Below are positions 39,246 through 52,070 of a DNA stretch of 64,000 bases, piece by piece; within the stretch, counting starts at the first letter, position 1, and each line of letters opens with the position of its first letter. The translations under genes and the position numbers were made by a program. Below the pieces are notes generated by a model that saw only the letters and a program-made list of their open reading frames with translations, was not told where the DNA came from and did no database searches. This stretch comes from Ginglymostoma cirratum (Eukaryota), in assembly GCA_024137785.1 (NCBI GenBank), contig JAHRHZ010000003.1, positions 6,696,657 to 6,760,656 of the forward strand, read 5' to 3'.

Positions 39246-42200
39246 CCAACCTATTTTAAAAAAAATGTCATGGCACTATTACAAAGAAAAGGGTGCCAGG
39301 AGCTGGCATTATTTCCTCAACGCAGTGACCAATGTCTATCCCTCAGTTATCACCAGAGATTATTTGGCTATTTCCATGTTTTGTTTGGGGGAGTTTGCTG
39401 TATGTGAATTGCCTGCTGCATTTCCTTCGTTACAACAGTGAGGGTACACTTCGAAAAGCACTCAACTAGATGTAAGCCACTCTGGAACGCACAAGGTTGT
39501 CAAAGACGCCATATAAATGCACGCTCTTCCTTGCTTTAGACCATTCCAAGCAACACTTATTTGTTCCAACTTTGCTTCCTGTCTGCCAGCCAACTTTCTT
39601 TCCATGCTGTTACATTTGCCCTCTTGCCATATGCCCGGGTTTCTGCAACTGGGCTCCTGTGGCACATCTGATCAAACACCTTCTGCAAGTTACTATGGCA
39701 CGGTTTATTACATTCCCCCCACCCAAACTTCATCAACCCAACCAGACAGGTCTCCCAAACACTGAAAATACTCTCAAACACAATTTGCCTTCAACTAATT
39801 AACTCTTCCATTCTAAATAAGCAGCGAATCCCTTTTAAATCTCATGTGGCTGCCACATTTGCTGCTATTAAAAAAAAGGTTTGGCTCCAATCAACGTCTC
39901 GAGCGGGCTGCTGACAAGTGAAAATCTCAAACCAAGAATTTATCCAGTGTTGGCAGCTCTGCATAATGCAGACATTTTCAGCAGTTTTAGCACAGGAAAC
40001 CCTAGGTTTTATTGCAAACATAACCAAATATTCATTTGAAGGCCTAGATTTAGGCTGCACGACCTTGGCTATGATGTGAAACACTGATTAATTCTCCTGC
40101 AAGCATTTCCAATTGCTTCATTTGAGATAACTAGGTTATCGGCATCCGAGGAGTAAGAATTTAGTCCATAATCCATTCTCAGAGTTAGGGAGCATGAAAC
40201 CCTAGGCGCACTGTCCCAGACTCCGTCTTGGGAATGGTTTCAGAATGATCATGTGTTGCTACATCAGTAGGTAATTGCTCTGGGAGGTGTTGAACTTAGG
40301 CAAAAAGAGAGAATATATTGACGACAATTTAGATATATCTCGCATACTGAATTTAAATATCCCATGACACTTCATAGTGAGGTGTGTAATCAAGCAAAAA
40401 TTAACACCCAGCCACATGAGATTTTTTGACAGATGACCAAATGTTCAAGTGTCTAAGAAGCACATTTTAAACAGCATTTTCATGACTGGCAGGGTGGGGG
40501 AAGAGGAGGGAGGGAGGGAGGGAGGGAGAAAGAGAAAGAAAAGAGTTGCTTGGGGTAGAGACAAAGGGGTCTAGGGGAAGTGTTCCTGCTTTGGGATCTA
40601 GATAGCTCGAAGCAGAGCCACAAACCATGGGTCAGATCAATTATGTGACCCACAAAAAGGCCACAGACGGGGGCTGCACAGCTCTTCGAGTGTTATAAAG
40701 GGTGAACAAGGTTACAGGATAGAAGCCACTGAGGGATGTGAACACATGGATAAGAATTAGGTCACAATATGTAGGGACAACAGGAATTGGAAGCAAATGG
40801 TGGTAGCAAGAACATCCAAGGTCTGAATGGGGTTGATGCTCAGGATGGACTAATCACCAGCAACTGACTATTCATCACAGCCAAGCCCAAAGCAGCCCTC
40901 GACAGTGTTTGTGAAAGGAGTGACAGGATCAGAAACAGAGCTAACCTACTCACTGGCCCAGGGATCCACAGCGCACATCAAACCACCCATTCAGCAACAG
41001 TGAGCTCACACAGGCAAGAGAAGATGTTATCTTTCTGGGCCATAAGATTCGCTGCAGAAAAGCAGTCCTTCCTCACCTTCAGATAGACATCAATGAGCAC
41101 CTGTATATCCTAACTCCCTGGATGCTGGTAGACTAAGCTGCAGAAAATTTTCTCTGACCTTCAGATTTGTGGTGAGGTACTGCATCCAATAAATATATAA
41201 TCCTCGTGTTTTTTGCTGAAAAAAAGATTACATTCTTGCTTCCTTGCCGTTGTCCTTAACACCTTAACCGCCAAGTTCATTGAAAAGGCAGGTTGCCAGG
41301 CAAGCTTCCAAGTGCCTCCTGCACCTCTCTACATTTATTCCCACAAATATTTGAGGCTGTAGTTGATTTTATTTTTCATTTTTTCGAACCAGGAGTGACC
41401 TTCCTACCACCAAAATCACTGTACAATCTTTTGCTTTTTCCTTTTTAAAACTAGCAGCTGCCACCACCAGTAAAACACCCACAGAGCCAATGAAATATTT
41501 ACAAGCAAAGCCCATTATGGACAATGCACAAACTGTCACTGGTGATGACAAGTGGGGTAGGGAGGGCAGTAAGGGTTTAAATCAGTGTGACGTTGGATGG
41601 GGAAATGAAGCACTGAATCCCTCTCAGTGCCCACCTCTCTAAATGCTTCAAGAGCTTAGATGGACACCGCATGCTACAAACATAACCATGGAATGGGGGC
41701 TGTACTTCATTCATTTGATCTGCCATTTTTTAAGAGACTGCCTAAGTGCTAGCAATGTTCAGGAATCCTTTTGTTTCCCCTGCCCCCACCACCGTCCAAC
41801 AACTGTCTCAGGTGCTGTCTTTCTAGTCAGATATCATCTGAAGCTCCAATCTGTTCTCTTCGATGAATACCAAAATAACCTGTTCTATTCCAAAGATGAG
41901 CCTTCATGCCCAGACCAATATTCATCTCTCAAATGGCAGTGCAGAAACAGACTATCCTATCCAGTCATGGTCACATTCCTGTTTGTGGAAATTTGCTGAG
42001 AACGCAATGCTTGACACAAGATGGCTTCAAAACATTCAACTGGCTGTAAAGCAGTACAGACAACCAAACAGCAGGAAAAAAAACTGCAATAAAATTGCAG
42101 CCTTTATAGGACCAGGGTCAAACAAGCTCCCTCAAGCCCATAGTCTCAGCCTTCCCACCCCAAGCGCAGAGACACCAGGAATCCAGAGTTAGCAACCTAC

Positions 42201-44554
42201 ACAAGATAATATGCAACCAAAAAAAAATACAATGACTTCAAAGAGCAACAACAACCTGTATTTATAGATGTTTCAAGGAACAGAATTTGACACTGACCCA
42301 CTTAAGGAGATATGAGGACAGCTGACCAAAAGCTTGGCAAACTTTAAGCAACTCTTAAAAAGGAGAGACAAAGGGAGGATAAAGGGATGAGGGAGGAAAT
42401 TCTAGAGCAGAAGGTATGGCTGCAGACAATCACTGATGTAAACTGACTGTTTTCTTTTCCAAGACACACAAAAAAAAAATCCACCTCCAAACTGTGGGAC
42501 TCATTTCACCAAATGCATTGTACAGTAGGTCATGGGTTCAGTCCTGCCTCTTCTTACAGAGGATTAGTGGTCACTGAGGGTCAGTTGACAAATAATCTCA
42601 GTGCCCACACTCTTGAGGCAAGTGGCAGAGTCGGGAAAGACAAGACATCTCTTGCAAATTCTCACCTGGTTACATCCACCCTGCCAAGATTTGGGTTCAA
42701 TGCTCCAAACTAGCACTCGGTGAGTTCGCTTTCTGGCATGAAGGGAGAGATGTTTGGTCGATGCACTGGAAATTTAGCTGCCTGGCTCCATGAATCCCAC
42801 AAAGATACGAGGGAATGAAAATGAAGGCTGCAAGCCAAATGAGGAGCACTGGAAGGTACTAGCCAACACAACCCCCACATTATGAAGCAGATTCTAAAAA
42901 GTCACTAAATTTAATATCAGAATACTGCAGATGCTGGGAATCTAAAATAAAAACAAACATTGGAGATACTCAACAGGTCAGACAGCATCTGTGCAGAGAG
43001 ATTAAAAAAAGGCATTCCTATTTCAAGACTCAAATAAAAACTGAAAATGACTCTGTCCACTAAATCCACAACTTATAATCGAAGCTTTCATCTTCAAAGC
43101 ACTCAGGAAGGAATTTAAAGCCAAGTGCAAAGATCAGTTTTATCACTCAAGGAACGCAACCTTTTTCTCATTGACCTAACTTAAATTTGGAAACTGACTG
43201 CCCGTCACGGCCGTCCTTTCTCCCTTATTTCTCCCCTATCAATGAAGGGTTGCATCTTGATGAGGTACAATCCCTTTTGCTAATCATCAATCACCACATC
43301 CTCGATTTCATCACATCATCAATGGCTTTCGCACTGAAAAGGACTACATCTCCACCACTTCTGCACATGAACTGCAGTTGTGCCAGTCCTTTTGCTAATT
43401 CAGGCCACTTTTCCACAAGTTGATTATGACCTACAATCCAGAAACCGTGTCACCCTGAATTTATTTCCCTCTATCTCGATCTGACACATTGATATCTAAC
43501 TGCACTTTAACATCATGGTTTAAGGCCTTCAAAATAGGAGATAAATCAATGCCTCAGATTCAGAAATGTGCCAAATGACATCCCGCAACCCTCTCCTGCA
43601 GACTGAAAAATGGAAAAATGCAAATCTGAAAGAAACCCCAAAATACTTGTCAAGCTGTAGATGCCCCAGCAGAACAGAAATGGTACAGATATGTATTTCA
43701 GAGAGAAACTGGGCTGGCTTTGCTGAAGCATCAACATTGCTTCCTTCTGCTATTGTCTATTGTAGATACCTAATCAATTGTGTTGATTTATGTGGTCTTT
43801 GGTTTTATTTATGGAAGCCATAAAAGCAACAATCTGCATTCAAATGGCAGCTTTCAAGTAGGAAAACATTCCAAGTGTCTTTGCAGGAACCCTACATTGT
43901 GGAATTGTGACAGAGTCAGAAATGAAAAATGGGACTAAAAGTTAGGTCAATGAGGTGGGTTTTAAGGGACGTTGTGAAGCTGAAGAAAGATAGACAGCAG
44001 ATAAGAGAGGTATATCCAGAGATGGGGGCCTTGGATGCAGGAGACATGGCCACTGATTAATATCAGAGATGCATGACAAGCCAGAATTGGATCGGTGCAG
44101 AGATCCTGGAAGGTGGTGGAGCAATAGCACATCAAACTCAGGAGAGGCAACAAAAAAAAAAAAATACACGTGAGTAACTAAAGGAAGGTTGGTTGAATGT
44201 CTGCTGCACTCTACGTGATGGTCATGATGCCTTTTCATGCTGAATTTGGAATCATGAGATCCTGCTGATATTTTCTCTATGCCCCAACTATGCTGTAAAT
44301 GAGGGGTCAAGCTGAAACCCCATGTCCTTGGAATACCGCACCGAGCACTGCATCTACTCACTGAGCCATGAGGCAAAGGTGACTGGAGATGATCATTTCT
44401 TATGGGGTCTCAAGAAATACTACCCTTGGAGAGAAGGGGGATACCAAGGTGCAGAGCTGGATGAACACAGCAGGCCAAGCAGCATCAGAGGAGCAGGAAG
44501 GCTGACGTTTCAGGCCTAGACCCTTCTCCAGAAAAGCCTTGGAGAGAATTTTTT

Positions 44555-44905
44555 TTCTTTAATAGTTCATGGGATGAGGGCATCGCTGACTAGGCAGCAT
44601 TTATTGCCCATCCCTAATTGCCCAGAGGGCAGGTAAGAGGCTGTGGGTGTGGAGTTACATGTAGGCCAGACCAGGTAAGGATGGCAGATTTCCTTCCCTT
44701 TAGGATATTCGTGAACCAGATGTTTCTTCCCAACAATCAACAACAGATTAATATCATTATTAGACACTTAATTCCACACTTTTTTTTAAAAAAAGCATTC
44801 AAATTCCACCATCTGCCATGGCGGGATTCAAACCTGGGTCCCCAGAATACCACCTGGTTTCTGCATTAACAATCCTACGATAATACCACTAGGCCATCGC
44901 CTTCC
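44555..44905 (-). mobile_element. SINE, same family as 18315-18630
   Basis: Colinear similarity; B-box-like ggattcaaacctggg on +. Confidence 0.75.
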
Positions 44906-45155
44906 CAATTCAATCATGGATTGACTGTACCTATTGCTGGCAATGATGCTTTATCCTTCCAAGGAAGGTAGCCAGAACTACCTAGAGTTATAGATGTGAA
45001 TATAAACATAATTCAGTCATCTAAATCAGACAGTGGGAGGAACAGGTTTAGAGGGCCAAATGATCCACCACTGCCCCTATTTCTTGTTACGTTAAAAAGA
45101 CACAGGCACTTCTGCCATATTGTTAAATTTACAAACTGTAAAAAGTGGTTTTTAC

Positions 45156-45875
45156 CTGATGGTGAGGCAGCCAGTTGCTGTTGCCATCTGTCCTCAATGG
45201 GTTCTCTTCCATCCAGGATTTCAAAGCCGATGCCGGGCGGCCCCTGTTTAGTTTTGGAGGCACCATCATGTGGCTGGAATAGGACCTCTTGGAGGAGCAG
45301 GAAGGAATGGAGTGCGAGATGCCCATTACTCCAGTTGATCTTCTCAGTCCCCTCCCACAGTTATTGCTGACACTGCCCCAGCCTCCGCTTCCTCCTCCAC
45401 TCTGCTGTTGGTGGCTGCCCCAGCTCAGAGCCCTGAAGGTTTGCTGCTGCGGGCTGTAGCTGTTCCTTTGGGAGGCGTTAGAGGAGGAGGAAGAGGTGGT
45501 GGTGCCTTGGTGAGGATGGTGGCCGAGAGGCGATCTCCTGTGCTGCTGGGCCAGCCCCATCTGCTGCACCGAGGGGAAAGTCCCTCCAAAGAGAGGTCCC
45601 AGGTGCACCATCTTCGGTAACAACATGGCAGTTGGCAGGACTCCTTGCTGGAGTAGGTTTTCCTCGCTGGTCTGGCTAGTGGACCATCCTAGAGTGTTAA
45701 CTGTCGAAGTGCTTCCTCCTTGATCTTGCAGAACCAAACTGGCCGGGGCAGCTAGACAGTCGAGCTGGGAGGAGGACCCATCCCCATTGTTGACCTCAGG
45801 ACTTTTCAAGGACTCCAGGTTTTGCTCCAGGTAGGGACAGCAAATTGACTGCCTTTTAGAGTCATTCTGGAGCAT
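45156..45875 (-). CDS. CPEB2/3/4-like: CPEB2/3/4-subfamily protein, coding exon 1 (low-complexity N-terminal region, 240 aa)
   Basis: ATG at 45875 (MLQNDSKRQS...). Contains CPEB2-4-like motifs WST, PLFGGTF, QHRRSP and PPKLNR...KSWMEENPLRTD. Phase-0 donor CAG|gtaaaa at 45155. The start codon is inferred; an upstream in-frame ATG exists at 46109. Confidence 0.85.
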
Positions 45876-45979
45876 GTCTGGATTGGCAAAGTGTGTGTGT
45901 GTGGGGGGGGAGGTTTTTCTCTCTCTCTCTCTTCTTGCTTGAGGAAGGGGTGCAGAGGGAATAACAACTGGCAAAAAGA

Positions 45980-47100
45980 AAGAAAGTGTTGGTCGTGGCG
46001 TGGGATGTCGATCCCAGCCTAGCCTTGCCCTGCCCTGCCCAGTCACCAACCCAGCGGAGCGATGTTGAAACAGCTGAGACGTCCCAGTCTCCCAACTAGA
46101 AATGCACATAAAGAGTGGCCGGGGAGTAGGGGTGTTGGAAAGAAATAAATAAAACGCGTCCGTACCAACCAATGCAACGAAAACGAAAGGAGACGAACCG
46201 CGACAGAAATGCGATCACCACCAGTTTTTGTTTTGTGTGTATGTGTCTCTGTGTACGTGTGTGCTTTTCTGCCTCCTCCTTAGTTCCTCATCGATCGCGT
46301 CAAAATGGAATAAGCAAGATCACAAGATACTGTTTAATGACCTGCTCATCGCCTCTTTACTCCGGAACTGAAGCTCTGACACTCCGAAGCATTCTGGTTG
46401 CTCCAGATTTTTTTTTCCTCCCCTTCCCTTACTCTCTATTTTTCCACTTTTTGAAGAACTGGAAAAAAAATCCTGCACCTGACCTGCGCAGGCAATTTTG
46501 GCCCATTTTCGTGTTGTCTCGGACCCCACCCCCAAAGTCCAGCCCCTCTCTCTCTCCCTCCCCGTCCCCCTTTTTTATATTCATGGTGAAATTTGCCCCA
46601 GCTTCTTTCTCGAATGCCTTCCCCATCATTCTCTTGAACCGAATGTTTTCTCAAGGCAAATTCCGGAGTTTTACATTGGTCTAAGGCGCCCATGTAGTTT
46701 TTATTTTCTCTTTCGCTTCCCCCTGTCCAAATTCCTACTCCCAATCTCTCAGATACTGCAAAGTGTCGGTTCTGGGGGGGGGTCTCATAAGGAAGGATGC
46801 GTGGAATTTTGAAGCGTCTCCGCGATGAGACAGCCGCGTCTTGTGTTCCCTGAGCTTGCAACGCAGGCCTTTCGGCCCACCAGATCTATGCTGTCGCATC
46901 CGCTTTTCTCCCGTTTGCCTACCGCACAGCCTTCTCGCAAAAAGTACAGCTTTCTGCGGGTGCTGTAAACTTCAAATATAAGCAGAAGGTGCCTGAAAAG
47001 ACTCAACACCCACCCCTATCAACGCATGTTATGAGAAACTAGCCCCTCCAAAACGGGGTTCCCCGACCGTCTGAGCATTCCCAGTATTTCCTGTCTTATC
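45980..47100. promoter_or_regulatory. CpG-rich promoter / 5'UTR region of the CPEB gene
   Basis: CpG density visibly higher than flanks (cgcg, atcgatcgcg, ccgcg), immediately 5' of coding exon 1. Confidence 0.65.
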
Positions 47101-48118
47101 CTTTTCGACATGACCTTCAGCCTATTTGTGTGTGTTTTTGTTTTTGCTTTGCGTCTTTGCAAAACTTACAACCTCAAATGCGTCAATGTCATTCACCTCA
47201 ACCACTCCCCGTGGTCGTCAACTTCATTCTCAGAGCGCTTTGTCTCTTTTTCAGAAAAAAAGGCCAATTTGTTTTTGTCTGTTTTGTTCCTTCCCCCATT
47301 GACCACTGTATGAGTGTCATTGAAAAGTTGTATTCTTGCATTTATTGCAGTAATGCATTCACCTTTGAAAGATGCACTAACTTGGCAGTTTTTTTTTGTC
47401 ACAGTCACAAATTCGAATATAAGGCGCTTTTGAAACAGGCCCCCTCCCCACTAGCACCCATGCAAATTCTCAAGAAGCAGGAATGGAGATAAACGTGAAC
47501 AGTGTTGTCATGTTCTTCCCTAGTATTTCCTTCAGATGGGTGAATCTGAACTTGTGGTTCACAGGTGGCAGTTATTGTGAGATTACAATATTGGGGTCCA
47601 AGGGTGAGTTGCAAACAATGCATCCTCGGGGGCAAACCAATGAAAGGAAGAAAGCCAAGTGTCCCTGATGGTCATTCTTTGTGATTGCTTGCACTCAAGG
47701 AGTGGCTACATTGGAAGGGATGGAAGGAGAGGGAATGTGCTAGAGTAAGGTTGATGACATGCTATCCAAGGTCCAACAGGTTGTCATCCTACAGCCCTCA
47801 CCTTGAACTTGTTGTACGCAACTGCGTTGTGTGGCATTGGACCCTGGTCAGTGCCAGCAGTTTCCTTTCACAGCTACACAGCTTCTCCACTGCACCAATG
47901 CAGGATAATGGTTCAATCCTAATGCTCCTGACCTCAATGGTGACCTCCTCCTACTGACTGACTCTACCTCCTCCTCTGAAACTATTCATGAACCCCAGTC
48001 TTCCATCCTGCTTGGTATTTTTTTTAACAGAAAGAACTCAAATAAAAATAAATGAGCTGCTGAATTTTGTCAAGTGGTTATCCTGCAGAATCTTTGGAAT
48101 ATCTCCTAACTCCTAAAC

Positions 48119-48200
48119 TGCTTCTGGGAGTTGTAGTGTTTGTGTCCTCACATAAGGGAAGTGACAGAAGCATTTTTTGAAACTACAGCTCCCAGCATCC
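48119..48200. promoter_or_regulatory. Inverted pair of ZNF143/THAP11-type ACTACAnnTCCCAG motifs
   Basis: ctgggagttgtagt (48124-48137, motif on minus) and actacagctcccagcatcc (48182-48200, motif on plus), with a GGAAGTG ETS-like core between. Confidence 0.5.
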
Positions 48201-49149
48201 AGCTGTCTAACACCAGGGTTACCATGCAGTTCCTGAAATTTGTTTACGTAATCATTTCCAGGCCACATCTTATTTGGCACTGTGCCTTCTGAAGGACCAA
48301 TGCCATTGTGTTTCCTGCCTGCCGTTCAGTGTGAAATCCTGAGTTGAAAATGACAGCAAGGAGTCTGCTCAGAGTGGAACCTCCAATATTTGCAATGGAC
48401 TTTTTCTCATCCCACTGTGAGCATTGTACCTTTATCAGATGTCTCTCATGAAGGGACTGACACTTGCTCATTTCTAATTGCTTTGCCTCTTTTCATGCAA
48501 TCAGCTGTGTCTCTTCAAGACATATCCCTGCATATCTAGGGTTGATAATGTGAAATATTGTAGAAAAATTGCAAGACTAAAGGAATTCTACTATTTCATC
48601 AGTCAATTACAAATATTGACACAGTGTTTATCAAGTGCAAGACTTCTTACAGTCCTTCAAAGATTCTTATCAATGTGCTTTTGACAATATTTCCTTGTCA
48701 ACAAGAAGTCTGGCTGTTGCCATCTTTGCAAAAGTCCTGCCTATGTCCCTGCCTTAACTTGTCTGCTGTTGCTGAAATACTCATCCTTGCCTTTGATACC
48801 CCTAGACTTGGCCATTCCAATACACTCCTGGTCATGCTTCCATATTGTACACGTAATATCTTGTTGTCATCCAAGATTCTGTTAGCTGGGTCCTGAGTCC
48901 GACAAAGTTTTAGTGACTTAAGACCCCTGCATTCACTCATCTTATGTTGGTTCCCAGTTCTGGACATCTTCTCAATTTTAAAAATCTGAGTTCTGGTTTT
49001 CAAATCCCTTTGTAGCCTCACCAAAGTCAGTAAGAGGCAGTCAGTCTGAAAAAAGACTGCCCCATCGGAACAAAGGCTGAGTTAATATATCTGGGAATTT
49101 AGTTCAAAGTGGAAAATCAGCGTGGGGGGGGAAAACCAATGCTTTAAAT

Positions 49150-49825
49150 TCAGAAAGGGGCTCAACAAGGTTACATCACATGGAATACAAGAAGAGTTAG
49201 CCCTTTGGAAACAAAAATGGCTTCAAGGCAGGAGACAGAGGGTGGTGGTGGAAGAAGGTTGCTTTTCAGACTGGAGCCCTGTATGCCACAAGGATTGGTG
49301 CTGGGTCCACTGCTTTTTGCCATGTACGTAAAGGATCTGGATATGAATGTAGGAGGTATGGTGAGTAAGTTTGCAGACAACAGCAAAATTGGTGGTGTAG
49401 TAGACAGAGAAGAAGGTTATCTCAGAGTACAACGGGACCTTGATCAGATGTGCCGATGGGCCGAGTAGTGGCAGGTGGAGATTAATTTAGATAAATGTGA
49501 GATGTTGCATTTTGGTAAGGCAAATCAAGGCAGGACTTATCTACATAATGGTAACGTTCTGGGGAGTGTTGCCAAACAAAGAGACCTTGGTTGCAGGTTT
49601 ATAGTTCCTTGAAACTGGAGTTGCAGATAGACAGGATAGTGAAAGTGATGTTTGGTACTCTTGCTTTTAATGGTCAGTGCACTGAGTATATGAGTTGGGG
49701 GGGGGGGGGTGGAGGTAAGTGTTCATATAGGACAAATGGGACAAGGTTAATCTAGGATACCTGGTCAGCATGGAGGAGATAGACCAAAGGGTCTGTTTCT
49801 GTGCTGTACGTCACTCTATGACTCT
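49150..49825 (+). mobile_element. CR1 RT fragment
   Basis: PQGLVLGPLLF...SKFADNSKIGG in ORF 49205-49468. Confidence 0.85.
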
Positions 49826-50379
49826 AAGTAATGTTTATTACAATAGATATAGTCTACAAAGCAAGAGGTGAGTCGGCAAGTATAAAACATGCAGGTTAAT
49901 AAGCTGACCTACAGTGAGACCAGCAGCAGTGACATCACGAATCATAATGTGACAAGTCCATCAAAGCAGCTGACTCGTGAATCGGAATGGTGAATATTTG
50001 TTGCCTCCAAATTAAGTAACGTCTTCAGTTTTTGTTTAGATCTCGTGTTTCTCTCTTTTCAAAAACCTGAAAATATCACAGATAGTATTTAAATAGTTAT
50101 CGTAAACTACAAAGTACAGGGACTGTGGCATAATTAATTGAAAAAAATGATAACAACGTTGTATTACTGCTGCAGCATATGAAGGTAATCCATGGCGAAT
50201 GCATCTGTAAGAAATATTTGTAGCTGAAAGAATTTTGAATCTGAATTGAGGTGCTGGAGGCTGAGTTAAAGACATTGTACAACAGAGGAGGAAGGCGACC
50301 TGGTACGTTTCCTCCAGGAGTCAGCAAAATGAACGTTGGCACATTTTTATGAAAATAGTTCATGACTAACAGCTAAAAA

Positions 50380-52070
50380 ATACATCCTGGTCAGAAATAA
50401 GGAAGCTAGGAGGGAGATAAACTAACCATGGTTAACTAGGGAAGTTGAGAAGAGCATTAAAAAAAGAACAAAATTTGGCAAAGATTAGCGATAAGCCAGA
50501 GAATTGTGATTTTTTTTGACCAAAACAAAAAGGCAGAGAAAATAAACTTGGAGAGTAAACTGGCAAGTAATATCAAAATGGATGCAAGTTTCTTGGAATC
50601 TGAAAAAAAGGAGGCCAAAGCAAACCTAGGCCCCTTTAAGAATAAAGCTGTGGGGAAAAAAAAGGGGAACCAAAAAAATGGCACAATGGTTGAAAGAATA
50701 CTCAGCCTCAGTCTTGACAGTAGAAGCACACTAAAAACATCCCAAAAATACTAATAAAAATATCAAGGACCAAAGTTGGAGAGGAAATAAATGTAATAAC
50801 AATCACACAAGAAAAATTACTGGTGAAACTAAAGTGATAAAGGCCAATAAGTTCCCTTGACCTGTTAGCACCCTTAGATGCTGGAAAAATCCCACAGGAT
50901 TGGAAAACTGCCAAGATAACATCGATATTCAAAAGGGAAAGGATTGAAACAATAGGTTGTATCAGGTTAGGTAGCTGACCGTGTCATCGGTAAAGTATTA
51001 GAGTCTATCGTAAAGGACGCAACAGCAGAGTATTTTGAAATACATAATATCATCCAGGAAATCATGTCTGATAAATTTATTAGAATTATTTAAGGTGCTA
51101 TCAAGCAGGATATGTAATAGGGAACCAATGCAAATTGAATATAATGTGGGAAAATGCACTTGGACAGGTTAAAAATAGGAGCTGAACTTTATTTAAATTA
51201 GCAAAGATTACAGAAGCTGCAATATAAAATTTTGCCTCTCCTCATGCATACAGCTATGGGGAGGCGATGGCCTTGTGATATTGTCACTGGGCTGTTAATC
51301 CAGAGACCCAGATGACATTCTGGGGGCACCTGGGATCTAGTGATGTCCATGAATCTGTTGCTGATTGTCAGAAAAACCCATCTGGTTCACTCATGTCCTT
51401 TACGAAAAAAAAAAAAACTGCCATCCTTACCTGGTCTAGCCTACGTGCAATTCCAGACCCACAGCAATGTGGTTGACTCTCAACTACCTTCTGGACAACT
51501 GCGATAGGCAATAAATGGTGCGTAAAAAGCAATGCGCTTATCCCATGAATGAATGAAGAAAATCGTATAAGTTTAGAAGGTAATAAGGAAGGTAGCTAGA
51601 ATGTTGGCCTTCATTTCAAAGGCAATGGAATATAAAAATAGATCTTGCTTAAAGGTATACAAGGCTCTAGATAGAGCACACTTTTAATATTGTGAACAGT
51701 TCTGGTTGCCTTATCCAAAGAAAGATATTTGAGGCAATCTAGAGAAGGTTCATGAGGCTGATCCTGGACATGGAACAATTTTCATGTGAGGAAGTTGACT
51801 GAGTTGGCTGTATGCACTGGCATTTAGAAGATTGAGCATTTTGGAAGAAACCTTACTGAAACACAAAAATATTGTTAGGGAGCTGAACAGAGTAGATCTG
51901 GAGATATTGTTTCCCATTGTTAGACCAGAGGGTATAACTTCAGGGTATGGGATCACGCAATTTTGACCAAAATGAGAAGGAATCCCTTCTCTTAGAAGGG
52001 ATTGAATTCTCTAGGAAATACTTTCCTGGAGAGGGCTGCAGAGGTTATATTGTTAAATATGTCCAAAGGT
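50380..52070 (+). mobile_element. Degenerate CR1 LINE
   Basis: Remnant CR1 ORF2-like peptides (ESKLASNIK; cccacaggattggaaaactgcc = PQDWKTA) and a tataaaaatag...cagttctgg 3' region. Confidence 0.6.
51258..51556 (+). mobile_element. SINE, same family, inserted in a degenerate CR1
   Basis: Reverse complement of the 25685 copy; gaatgaatgaa tail. Confidence 0.7.

Noticed and set aside
31940-45155. Mammalian CPEB3 HDV-like ribozyme in the large intron after coding exon 1
   Set aside because: Inspected by eye several GCGAA-containing candidates on the sense strand (e.g. ~41048, ~42725) and found no P1/P2/P3 pairing; a covariance-model search is needed to exclude it fully.
45129-46172. 347-aa ORF as a stand-alone gene
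   Set aside because: It is CPEB coding exon 1 plus open flanking sequence; the listed start is non-ATG.
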